Below, piece by piece: positions 1 to 8,567 of a DNA stretch of 64,000 nt. The stretch is from Phycisphaerae bacterium (GTDB lineage Bacteria; Planctomycetota; Phycisphaerae; WQYP01). How positions within the stretch are numbered: position 1 is the first letter of the stretch; every line of letters begins with the position of its first letter. The notes below the pieces were generated by a model. It saw only the letters and a list, made by a program, of their open reading frames with translations. It did no database searches and was not told the origin of the DNA. The stretch spans positions 1,238-65,237 of the forward strand of contig JBMFVY010000003.1 in the NCBI GenBank assembly GCA_049965755.1, read 5' to 3'. Position numbers and translations under genes: made by a program.

Positions 1-953
1 AGCCCGAAATACGACGGAAACACGGGGTGGCTCTGAATCTCCACCAATTTATCCGTAAGCTTCGCCTTGGCCGATGCCCCCCCCGCCGGCCTGACATAAC
101 CGCCGATCACATCGCGGAACACCAGCAGACCTGCATGATCCCTTTCCACATCCGCCACATGAGCCAGCAGAATGCCCGCACTGATGGCAAAGTCCATCAT
201 CGTCCGGTCGCCGGCGGGCCGGGCCATGAGGCGGCTCGAATCGATGCAGATGAGAACATCCTGCCGACGTTCAATCTGATACAGGTTGGAAATTAATCGC
301 TGGTGGTGGGCCGACGCCCGCCAGTTAATATCCCGAAATTCATCATCCGGCAGATAATCGCGAAGCTGTTCAAATTCGCGGCCGCTGCCCAGCAGCCGCC
401 GATGATGCACGCCGGAGAGGCCCAGCGCCCGGTGGCGGCGCAGCGATTCATAATGCCGCACGGGCGTCATATCAGGATAGATGCGCACCGGCTCGGGGGT
501 GGGTGGTTCAAAGCGATAGACGCCCCATGCCACGCCGTAGGATGCACTGATGATCGGTGGTGAAAAGAGTAGAAGGCCGCGCCGCAGCGCCCGGCCCGAA
601 AATTCGCAGCATGCCTGTCCGCCCGGTTTCACGCGGATCGTCTGCTCGGTCTGTGGGCAATCGAAACTCCCCGGCCATTGATTTTCTATGGTAACGATCA
701 CGACCCGCCGCGTGGGGTTGCTCACGGTAACAAGAATGGAGAGCAACTGGCCGATTTCACCGCGGTGCGGCGTGTGGACGGTGGCTTGAATGCCGGAACG
801 CCGAAGGCTCACGCCCTCCATGATGATCAGCAGCACAACCGCAATATCCAGAAGCGCAACGCCCCAAACCAGCGGCGGGTAAATGGCCGCCCCCAGAGCC
901 AGCAGGGCTCCGAAGACGAGTGCAGCAAGACCGATGCGTCCGGGTGCCATCAT
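1..953 (-). CDS. DUF58-family protein (MoxR partner), 3'-truncated by the window start
   Basis: The reverse-strand translation from ATG at 953 reads MMAPGRIGLAAL...DYLPDDEFRDINWRASAHHQRLISNLYQ, the hallmark DUF58 motif. The start ATG overlaps the MoxR stop (ATGA coupling). The stop codon lies outside the window, so the ORF track missed it. Confidence 0.8.
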   Translation of the reverse strand, partial: MMAPGRIGLAALVFGALLALGAAIYPPLVWGVALLDIAVVLLIIMEGVSLRRSGIQATVHTPHRGEIGQLLSILVTVSNPTRRVVIVTIENQWPGSFDCPQTEQTIRVKPGGQACCEFSGRALRRGLLLFSPPIISASYGVAWGVYRFEPPTPEPVRIYPDMTPVRHYESLRRHRALGLSGVHHRRLLGSGREFEQLRDYLPDDEFRDINWRASAHHQRLISNLYQIERRQDVLICIDSSRLMARPAGDRTMMDFAISAGILLAHVADVERDHAGLLVFRDVIGGYVRPAGGASAKAKLTDKLVEIQSHPVFPSYFG

Positions 954-1921
954 CTTGGAATTTCCTGCTTGGAGACCAGTTCCGCCAGTGCGGCGGATTT
1001 ATCGGTACCGGCAATTTCCGCGTCGGCGGTAAGCGTGATGCGATGCTCCAGCACGGGGTTAAGCACACGCAGCACATCATCCGGCGTGACAAAATCGCGC
1101 CCCTGCACCAGCGCCCACGCCTTGGCGCTGGTCAATACGGCAATCGACGCCCGCGGCCCGCCGCCGAGCTGAATTGATTCCTGCTCGCGCGTGGAGCGTA
1201 CAATCCGCAGAATGTATTCCAGTATGCCCGGCTCCACCCGCACACGCTCCGCCGCTTGTTGCAGTCCGATCACGGCATCAATATCCAGCAGCGGTTTGAC
1301 GGCGGTATCAAGCTGATCCGGCGGGCGTCCCTCATGCACCGCCCTTAATATTTCCCCCTCGGCCTCGGCCGGTGGATAGCCGACGCGGATTTTCATCAGG
1401 AACCGGTCCTGCTGGGCTTCCGGCAGGGGATACGTCCCTTCAAACTCAACCGGGTTCTGCGTGGCAAAGACCGTAAAAATGGGTGAAAGCAGATGGCGCA
1501 CGCCGTCGATGGTGGCGTGCCGCTCGGCCATCGCTTCCAGCAGTGCCGCCTGCGTCTTGGCCGGCGAGCGATTGATTTCATCCGCCAGCAGCAGATCAGT
1601 GAAAATCGGGCCGCGGTGCAGATGAAATTCGCTGGTGCCCGGCGTGAAGATGGTCGTACCGAGGATGTCGGACGGCATCAGATCGGGCGTAAACTGCACG
1701 CGTTTGAAACGACATGAAAGCAGCATCGCCATCACCCGGACGGAAAGCGTCTTGGCAGTTCCCGGCACACCTTCCAGCAGGGCGTGGCCCCGGGCCAGCA
1801 GCACGGTCAGCATCAGGTCGATGACATCCGTCTGACCCCGAATGACCGCAGCAATCTGCTGCCGAACAGCCTGGACGTGTTCAATGGCGGCGCTGTAATC
1901 AGCTTCATGATTTTCGATCAC
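950..1921 (-). CDS. MoxR-family AAA+ ATPase
   Basis: Walker A LLEGVPGTAKT and a MoxR-like sensor region. The track ORF runs to 2092, but the likely start is the GTG at 1921 (VIENHEADYS...), overlapping the upstream gene's stop by about 14 nt, which gives a typical ~324-aa MoxR. Confidence 0.9.
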   Translation of the reverse strand: MIENHEADYSAAIEHVQAVRQQIAAVIRGQTDVIDLMLTVLLARGHALLEGVPGTAKTLSVRVMAMLLSCRFKRVQFTPDLMPSDILGTTIFTPGTSEFHLHRGPIFTDLLLADEINRSPAKTQAALLEAMAERHATIDGVRHLLSPIFTVFATQNPVEFEGTYPLPEAQQDRFLMKIRVGYPPAEAEGEILRAVHEGRPPDQLDTAVKPLLDIDAVIGLQQAAERVRVEPGILEYILRIVRSTREQESIQLGGGPRASIAVLTSAKAWALVQGRDFVTPDDVLRVLNPVLEHRITLTADAEIAGTDKSAALAELVSKQEIPR

Positions 1922-3395
1922 GCTTGATCTCCTCACATAAGACAACGGACTGTGATAATAACTGCGCGGGCGTCGGCAGCGCGGCGTTGCGCCGCCACGA
2001 CGAGGTTTCAGGTGCGCCGGCCAGGGCATCAGCCCGGGAAAGCAGGTGCGTGACCCGATCGCGTAGACCTGCATTAAGGCGGCCGAGGGCATTGGCGGTG
2101 TCAGCGGGCTTCACTTTCAAGCTTGCCGCAATACGTCGCCGAATCTCCGCGGCGACGCCGGCGTTCATATCCGTCGGCGACATGGTTTGCTGATAAAGCC
2201 GGCCGAGCATGGCGATCTGCTCGATATTAGATGCGACCACGGTGCGATCAAGAGGTGCACGCGGGCGGGAAAATCGCCGGGCCGCCCAGAGAATAGCCAC
2301 CAGTATGATCAGCAGTTGGCATCCGAGCGCATCGAGCCCGAATTTGGAAAACAGTTCCAGAGTGGTCATCTGCCCGCCGATCCCCAGGCCGTATTCATTA
2401 AAAATGACCGACCGTCGGCCGATGATGCTCATAAGAAAATCCAGATTATTGCCCTGCGCAATTCCCCCGTTGAGCAGCGGCCAGGGAGAGCCGAGAATCA
2501 CAACCCGCCCCTTGCCGAAGGATCGCTCGGCGGCAAGCATCCGGCCGTGCCAGGTAAGCAGCGGATGCCACAGTTTTTTAATACGCTTATTTTTGGGAAT
2601 GAATTGGCTCGGCATGGCCAGCCAAACGGTGCTGTCCGTTTTGTTCCCCGCGGGGGATGATAATCCAGGTTGCGATGCATGCTGCCAGTGGGCCGGAATC
2701 AGGGTGGAATTGTACCAGCGCGGATTGCGGTGTTTGAAGTAAAACAGGTCTTCCTTTACCCATCCCGCTTCCCTTATAACAAAGCGCAGCCTGTGAGGAT
2801 GGGAGGCCGCGCCTACCTTTTTTGTTTTAGCAGGTAATGGATGTGTCGTCGGGCGGGTCGTCGGCCGCTTAGCCGGATGCGTAGCCGGCGGCACCCTTGG
2901 GTGTGTGGTCAGATGCGCGGAAGTGCGTTCCACCGGCTTTGAAGGATGCTTACCGGCGGGATGAACTTTTTTGATGGTCGGTTTGCTGCGTGCGAGTTTT
3001 ACGGCCAGTTGCTCATGATCGGTCAGCCGCGTCGGTTCATACGTCACCTCAAAGAGAGTATTTCCGTTTCGTACCCACCGCATCAGACGCGGGTGGTAAT
3101 GATGAGTCAGGGTGGCGGATTCAAGCAAACGGTCAAAATTGCCGGGCGGGTTGATGTCAATGAACACTCCATGCCACTGGGAATTAAATGCAGGGTACTT
3201 GAGCAGTTTTACGTCCACACCGCTGCGTCGCAGGTATTGATCAAACGCCGCCATCCCAAGCGGGTCATACCGGTAGACGGAAAAGAGGGGCACGCTGCGA
3301 CCGGCCTGCAGATTGACCGCCAGACTCTCCGCCAGCAACCACAACAGCAGGGCGATGACGAGGCCACAGAGCATCCAGATGTGAAGTTTACGCAT
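1905..3395 (-). CDS. DUF4350-like membrane-anchored protein of the MoxR/DUF58 cluster
   Basis: N-terminal TM helix, a Pro/Thr/His-rich linker and a C-terminal globular region. Assignment is by conserved gene order (DUF4129-DUF4350-MoxR-DUF58), not a diagnostic motif. It overlaps the next gene by 8 nt. Confidence 0.5.
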   Translation of the reverse strand: MRKLHIWMLCGLVIALLLWLLAESLAVNLQAGRSVPLFSVYRYDPLGMAAFDQYLRRSGVDVKLLKYPAFNSQWHGVFIDINPPGNFDRLLESATLTHHYHPRLMRWVRNGNTLFEVTYEPTRLTDHEQLAVKLARSKPTIKKVHPAGKHPSKPVERTSAHLTTHPRVPPATHPAKRPTTRPTTHPLPAKTKKVGAASHPHRLRFVIREAGWVKEDLFYFKHRNPRWYNSTLIPAHWQHASQPGLSSPAGNKTDSTVWLAMPSQFIPKNKRIKKLWHPLLTWHGRMLAAERSFGKGRVVILGSPWPLLNGGIAQGNNLDFLMSIIGRRSVIFNEYGLGIGGQMTTLELFSKFGLDALGCQLLIILVAILWAARRFSRPRAPLDRTVVASNIEQIAMLGRLYQQTMSPTDMNAGVAAEIRRRIAASLKVKPADTANALGRLNAGLRDRVTHLLSRADALAGAPETSSWRRNAALPTPAQLLSQSVVLCEEIKRDRKS

Positions 3396-4215
3396 GAAGC
3401 ACCTGCAGTCGAAGCAGGGATTTCATCTGCGCATCCACATCCGCCCGTACCTCGGCCGGGACCGGCTTATGGCCATACCAGACGCGATCGAAAAGTTCGG
3501 TCAGAGCGGAAAATGTCCGGCGTTCTTCCGCCGGGCCGCGATAGCGGGCCACATAAGCCCGGTTGGTGAGCGATTTGCGGAAGTTGATGCGCCCCGCGGC
3601 GTGCAGGCTGGAAAGCAGAGCCAGATACATCGCCCGATACGCCATTCGCCAATCACCGGCGCTCCCTAATTCGGCAGCCAGATTCATCCATTCATCCGAA
3701 CTCTGGGCCAGCGCATCGCCCTCATCCATCGCCCTTTTAACGTTAATCGGCGGCGTCGCCGGCGCCGTTGCCATTTTCGGCCCGCGTTTCTGCTGAATCA
3801 GCGTCCATGCGATCCACGCGATCAGACCCGCTGCGATCACCGCCAGAAAGATAAGCAGAACACGCCCCATCGCACCGGTGAGCGCCGCAAAGTCCGACCG
3901 ACCGGATTTTGAATGCACCGTAGTTTTGTGGAACTTATGCTTGTGGAGCGTAAGTTTATGCAGCTCCGCCCGAAGCCATTTGATCAGCGGAGAGATGATA
4001 GACCCGATACGGTGGTCCACATTCCTGAGAAAGCGGCTTAAGAAATTCTGGTCATTGGTGCGCACCCGCAGCGGCTTCTGCCACCGATGGTATCCGGGCA
4101 GTCCTAATATTTTTTCCAGGCGCTGATGCGATACGAGCGGTGTTGCAGGATTGGGCGGCGCGGGGGCGGCGCCCAGACAAAGAATCGTCATCACGATGAG
4201 CATGAGTCGTTTCAT
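3388..4215 (-). CDS. DUF4129-like protein (signal peptide or TM anchor) of the MoxR/DUF58 cluster
   Basis: N-terminal hydrophobic segment and a C-terminal motif YVARYRGPAEERRTFSALTELFDRVWYG resembling DUF4129. Its ATGA overlap with the upstream gene places it in the same operon. Confidence 0.5.
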   Translation of the reverse strand: MKRLMLIVMTILCLGAAPAPPNPATPLVSHQRLEKILGLPGYHRWQKPLRVRTNDQNFLSRFLRNVDHRIGSIISPLIKWLRAELHKLTLHKHKFHKTTVHSKSGRSDFAALTGAMGRVLLIFLAVIAAGLIAWIAWTLIQQKRGPKMATAPATPPINVKRAMDEGDALAQSSDEWMNLAAELGSAGDWRMAYRAMYLALLSSLHAAGRINFRKSLTNRAYVARYRGPAEERRTFSALTELFDRVWYGHKPVPAEVRADVDAQMKSLLRLQVLHA

Positions 4216-5012
4216 GTCGACGCATCTCCCGCCATCGACAAAAGACGAGCTTTGAGATCAGCGCCGGTCCGGCGAAACCCGATCTGCTCGCTCAGAATTA
4301 CCCCCGCCGCCATCCAGAACATATCCAGCGGCACCAGGCACAGCAGCCATACCGAAAGACCGAAGGCGCGGCTTTGAACGATGAGTTGCAGGTAAAGATC
4401 ATGAACGCCGAAAAATGACGGCAGGATCGGTTTGGCAATAAGCGCCAGCAACTCCCAGGTAATGCCGCTGAAGATGAGATACAGCAACCCGAGAACAATC
4501 AGGCCGATGATAATCCGCGACGCGGAATAGGGAATGGCCATCAGGCGGCGAGCGGCCGCAAAATCAACGGTCGGCTCATTGAGCAGGAAGGGGGCGGCCA
4601 GCGTGCACCCCGCCAGCGAGGCGAAGGATGGAATCAGGGCAATAAACGCACCGGATATGCCGATGGCGCAGAGCATGAATTTCAGCACAATGATGCTCCA
4701 CATGCGCCGCCACAGGGGAATCGACAATTTAGGCGAAAGAATCAGAAGCAGCCGACGCTGTATGAATGTCTGAACGATCCAGCGCCATGGGAATGCCAGC
4801 GTCGCCAGTGCGGCCGCCATCATGGCAACGCCCGCATCACGTGAACTGATGGCATTGAGTCCGATGATCAGTGCCAGCGCAAGGGGGGCGTTGGCCAGAA
4901 TATAAGCGGGGATAAACCATGCGGCGGAATCCCGCGTCAATTCAATAGCACAATCCATCAGAGCGGGAAAATGCTCCGTATCCGGAAAGTAATCATCTGC
5001 GGATAGCGGCAA
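4212..5012 (-). CDS. polytopic integral membrane protein (6+ TM), first large gene of the MoxR/DUF58 operon
   Basis: Highly hydrophobic 266-aa ORF, coupled by stop/start overlap to the DUF4129-like gene. May be a SpoIIM/DUF95-like partner, as seen in such clusters, but this is unproven. Confidence 0.5.
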   Translation of the reverse strand: MPLSADDYFPDTEHFPALMDCAIELTRDSAAWFIPAYILANAPLALALIIGLNAISSRDAGVAMMAAALATLAFPWRWIVQTFIQRRLLLILSPKLSIPLWRRMWSIIVLKFMLCAIGISGAFIALIPSFASLAGCTLAAPFLLNEPTVDFAAARRLMAIPYSASRIIIGLIVLGLLYLIFSGITWELLALIAKPILPSFFGVHDLYLQLIVQSRAFGLSVWLLCLVPLDMFWMAAGVILSEQIGFRRTGADLKARLLSMAGDAST

Positions 5013-5064
5013 CGTCCTGATCCTCTCAATTCGGCGCGGCCCGCAGACCGCGGATTCATTCGCA

Positions 5065-5379
5065 CTACCGATGATGCATCAGCCGCAGAAACAGCAGGTA
5101 AATGCATGCACCGATCTCCATTGCCGCCAGCGGCGTAAGCAGCGACAACATCAGCAGCCACAGATGTCGCCGGAACCAATTTCCGCCCCGCGATGCCCGG
5201 CGTTTGCGGCGCATGATCTCCAGCCCCTCACGGCTGTAGTTTACGCCTTCGTATTGTGTGGAACATTCGGTGCAGATGGGGGCGTGCGTGGCCACACACC
5301 GCCCGATGGCGGGACGATCCGGATGATTAATACAATAATCGCGCTTAATCGCCATGAAAATCACTTCGTTGATCGACAA
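5065..5379 (-). CDS. small zinc-ribbon protein with a C-terminal TM helix
   Basis: A CxxH...CxxxxH...CxxC cysteine/histidine cluster (CINHPDRPAIGRCVATHAPICTECS) followed by a hydrophobic tail. It lies upstream of the MoxR-cluster genes on the same strand. Confidence 0.4.
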   Translation of the reverse strand: MSINEVIFMAIKRDYCINHPDRPAIGRCVATHAPICTECSTQYEGVNYSREGLEIMRRKRRASRGGNWFRRHLWLLMLSLLTPLAAMEIGACIYLLFLRLMHHR

Positions 5380-5602
5380 CTGCTGTCACTGCGGAAAGCG
5401 TATGCGAGATATGATGTTCAGGCAATATGGCCGGTGCGCAGCGGGTATCAGAATTTTGTAAAGTGACCGGTGACCGGTTCCGCCGGATGCGACCATTCCA
5501 CCGTGATGAGGCACCAGGGCAGGTGCAGTGGGGCGCCTGTATCCGGGCCGGAAAAGTGAACTTTCACAGGCACCCCCATTGCGGTTATAATCCCGCCCTG
5601 CT

Positions 5603-5674
5603 GCGGGCGTAACTCAATGGCAGAGTGCCAGCCTTCCAAGCTGGCTGTTGTGGGTTCGAGTCCCATCGCCCGCT
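5603..5674 (+). tRNA. tRNA-Gly (anticodon TCC)
   Basis: Cloverleaf: acceptor GCGGGCG/CGCCCGC, D-arm ACTC..GAGT, anticodon stem CCAGC/GCTGG with loop CTTCCAA, T-arm GTGGG-TTCGAGT-CCCAT. No encoded CCA. Confidence 0.9.
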
Positions 5675-5769
5675 TTATTATTTTCGCCCCCATCCATCGA
5701 AGTTTTCACTCTATCCATCGTGGTTTGAGCCATGTGGCCAGAGCGGTTCACCGGAAAAGCATATGGCGA

Positions 5770-6273
5770 TTATTTGGACACACTCATCGAGGTATGGCCG
5801 ATGCGAATGTGCACCAACTCCGCGCGTTGGTGCTGCATGTTGATAATCCGCATGGAACTGGCGCAGACGACGGTCAAAATGCTAAGCCCCACCGCAATAC
5901 CGACCCACATCGGTGCCTTGCGGCGAAATTCCTCGAAGGCTTTTGCCCGGCCGGCCAGCACCGAAAGCACAAAAAACAGCGCAAACGCCGCCAGCATCTT
6001 CACCCCCAGCAGCGCCTGATACAGGGGCGGTTCGCGATTCATATGTTCAACCACCAGCAGCCAGTAAACTCCCGAGATGATCTGAAGGAGAATGACGGCC
6101 CCGAGGAATTTGCGCCAGGGCTTGTTGACGGTTTCCAGAAAATCGCGGCGCTGATCCTCCGGCATTTTGGCGGTTGCCGGATAAATGCCAAGCCACATGA
6201 TAAACGGTGCGCCGACGAGAATCGCCGCCCCGAGAATATGCACCCATCGCATCACAAGCGTTAAATATAGCAT
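5770..6273 (-). CDS. hypothetical integral membrane protein (about 4 TM)
   Basis: 167-aa hydrophobic ORF with consistent codon usage. No diagnostic motif recognised. Confidence 0.45.
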   Translation of the reverse strand: MLYLTLVMRWVHILGAAILVGAPFIMWLGIYPATAKMPEDQRRDFLETVNKPWRKFLGAVILLQIISGVYWLLVVEHMNREPPLYQALLGVKMLAAFALFFVLSVLAGRAKAFEEFRRKAPMWVGIAVGLSILTVVCASSMRIINMQHQRAELVHIRIGHTSMSVSK

Positions 6274-6328
6274 GGAACACTCCGTAAATGATCAACAGCC
6301 CATCATCATCGCGGGCGCAGGCACCGGT

Positions 6329-6883
6329 TCAGGCGCGCATCGGATCCGTGACATCCGCAGGGGAGGGAATACCGTGTCGTTTCGGCAGCCGATAATATTT
6401 TCCGGGATCTTTTACATGTGCGTCGGCGAGTTCGACGTAATGGTCGTTGTTGGCCAGATTATCGATGCGTTCCTGCGGGCGCACCGGTCTTACAATTTTT
6501 GCGGGCACTCCTATCGCAACCATTCCGGCAGGTACATGCATTCCGGGCGACAGGACAGCTCCGGCAGCGATGATGGCATCATCTTCCACCACCGTGCGTC
6601 CGAGCAGCACGGCCTTCATCCCGATCAGCACCCGGTTGCCGATGTGGGCTCCATGAAGCACCGCTCCGTGCCCGGCGGTGACCTGTTCGCCGATGGTCTG
6701 CGGGACGCCTGAATCGCAGTGAATAATCGCGCCGTCCTGAATATTGGTCCGTTGTCCGATGATGATCGGCGCTACATCGCCGCGAATCGTCGCACCAAAC
6801 CAGATGCTGCACCGATCGCCGATGGCGACATCGCCGTTGACCGACGCATTGTCCGCCTGCCAGTACCATTGCATCCAGCGCAT
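6329..6883 (-). CDS. gamma-carbonic anhydrase family protein (left-handed beta-helix, hexapeptide repeats)
   Basis: Hexapeptide repeats and gamma-CA-like motifs NGDVAIGDRCSIWFGATIRGDV...IGQRTNIQDGAIIHCD. The track ORF extends to 7144, but the start is most likely ATG at 6883 or 6874, giving a typical ~185-aa protein. Confidence 0.8.
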   Translation of the reverse strand: MRWMQWYWQADNASVNGDVAIGDRCSIWFGATIRGDVAPIIIGQRTNIQDGAIIHCDSGVPQTIGEQVTAGHGAVLHGAHIGNRVLIGMKAVLLGRTVVEDDAIIAAGAVLSPGMHVPAGMVAIGVPAKIVRPVRPQERIDNLANNDHYVELADAHVKDPGKYYRLPKRHGIPSPADVTDPMRA

Positions 6884-7270
6884 GCGATATAGAGTAATAT
6901 CACCCATCGCCCGACAGTTATAGTGCGCTGGGGCTTCGCGGTAAAGCATGGCGCGAGAATTTATTCCACTCCTGCGAGGTTCCCGGTCAAACCAAAAGCC
7001 TGCCGCCCAGATTTTTGCCCACAGCCTAATTATCTCAGGGGGTCTATCCCATTCATACGACTTTGGCATGGAGTGGATATGCCCCATTGTCATGATCAGC
7101 GGGAGTTTGACGGGAAAAGGGAGCAGCCATGGGTGCCAATACATGAGTGATACCGATTCAAAAAAAAAGAGGGTCGTCGAGATTGGGAGTTAAGGAATTG
7201 ACAGGGGTAACGTGTCAAATAGGCTGCTGCAATTGGTCGGCAATACTGCATCATATTGCCGTGAAAAGAT

Positions 7271-7343
7271 TGAGGCCGCTGGGGATCGAACCCAGGACCA
7301 ACAGATTAAAAGTCTGTTGCTCTACCAACTGAGCTACGGCCTC
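7271..7343 (-). tRNA. tRNA-Lys (anticodon TTT)
   Basis: The reverse complement folds as GAGGCCG acceptor stem, D-arm GCTC..GAGC, anticodon stem ACAGA/TCTGT with loop CTTTTAA, T-arm CTGGG-TTCGATC-CCCAG. Confidence 0.9.
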
Positions 7344-7524
7344 TGGTCGCCGGACGAATCAGGCGAGCCACGTATTCTATTTTACTTCTGCAATGTGGCA
7401 AGCCTGAAGTATCCCAGATTGGCAGCGAAGCTATAAATCGGCATATTTCACATGGTTGCTTCCTCTCCGGGGCGCCGGTGGCACGCGAATGTATGATGCT
7501 AGGGTGCGGTTTTCAGGCAGCGAC

Positions 7525-7565
7525 TTGAAATCGGGGCGAACCCCTAGTATTCTTATAGGAATAGT
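7525..7565 (+). promoter_or_regulatory. candidate sigma70 promoter (TTGAAA-17-TATTCT) with an overlapping imperfect palindrome, upstream of cysD
   Basis: TTGAAA at 7525-7530, a 17-nt spacer, TATTCT at 7548-7553. A 7-bp-arm palindrome AGTATTC-N6-GAATAGT (7546-7565) overlaps the -10, and a GGGGcgaaCCCC mini-hairpin sits in the spacer. Confidence 0.35.
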
Positions 7566-7589
7566 AGGTGAATGACATAAAGGCAGTAC

Positions 7590-8498
7590 GTGATGTCCAA
7601 ATCGATGACACATCTGAAGGAACTTGAGGCCGAGAGCATCCACATTATGCGCGAGGTGGTGGCGGAGTTTGAACGCCCTGTGATGCTGTTTTCCAGCGGC
7701 AAAGATTCTTCCGTGATGTTGCACCTGGCACTAAAGGCTTTTTACCCTGGCAAGGTGCCGTTTCCATTTCTGCATATTGACACGACATGGGACTTCAAGG
7801 AGGTCTATGCGTTTCGAGACCAGATGGTTGCGCAGCACGGGCTTAATTTGCTGGTCCATACCAACATGGATGCGATTCGGGCGGGAGTTAATCCGTTTGA
7901 TTCCGGCAGCGTCAAATACACGCACAATATGAACCTTCAGGGTCTGCTGCAGGCTCTGAAAAAATATAAATTTGATGCGGCCTTCGGCGGCGCCCGCCGG
8001 GAAGAGGAAAAATCGCGGGCCAAGGAGCGTATCTTTTCCTTCCGTGACCGCCATTACCAGTGGGACCCGAAAAATCAGCGGCCGGAGATGTGGAACATCT
8101 ACAATGCCCGCATCAATCCGGGGGAATCGATACGCGTGTTTCCCCTTTCCAACTGGACGGAGCTGGATATCTGGCAATATATTTTTCAGGAAAACATTCC
8201 GCTCTGCCCCCTCTACTTTGCCGCCCCACGGCCGGTGGTGCGACGCGATCCGCAGTTGATTTATGTCAATGATGATCGCTACCCGCTGGCACCCGATGAA
8301 AAACCGGTCGTGCGGCATGTACGATTCCGCACACTGGGTTGTTACCCGCTTACGGGGGCCATTGAATCGCAGGCGGACACGCTGCCGAAAATCATTGAAG
8401 AGATGCTGCTGTTCCGGCAGTCGGAGCGGTCGGGACGGGCGATTGATCATGATGAGCAGGGTTCCATGGAACAGAAAAAGCGCGAGGGGTATTTTTAA
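7590..8498 (+). CDS. cysD: sulfate adenylyltransferase subunit 2
   Basis: PAPS-reductase-fold motifs ([20 protein letters not shown]...) and typical ~300-aa length. Immediately followed by cysN/cysC. Confidence 0.95.
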   Translation: MMSKSMTHLKELEAESIHIMREVVAEFERPVMLFSSGKDSSVMLHLALKAFYPGKVPFPFLHIDTTWDFKEVYAFRDQMVAQHGLNLLVHTNMDAIRAGVNPFDSGSVKYTHNMNLQGLLQALKKYKFDAAFGGARREEEKSRAKERIFSFRDRHYQWDPKNQRPEMWNIYNARINPGESIRVFPLSNWTELDIWQYIFQENIPLCPLYFAAPRPVVRRDPQLIYVNDDRYPLAPDEKPVVRHVRFRTLGCYPLTGAIESQADTLPKIIEEMLLFRQSERSGRAIDHDEQGSMEQKKREGYF

Positions 8499-8567
8499 TC
8501 TCCCCTGGCACCTCAGAGCCTGATGCTGAAATGAACTTTTTTCACTTGATGGACGGAAAACATACTC

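Noticed and set aside
27-1172. Plus-strand ORFs 27-296, 303-563, 678-1172 and 920-1177
   Set aside because: They lie antisense to a well-supported DUF58 gene whose stop is off-window and a MoxR gene. Their products are low-complexity and Arg/Pro-rich, typical of GC-rich antisense frames.
5380-5602. Possible small gene between the zinc-ribbon ORF and tRNA-Gly (track ORFs 5427-5612 and 5448-5693)
   Set aside because: Both overlap the tRNA or each other antisense and have no RBS. More likely promoter space for the tRNA and the MoxR operon.
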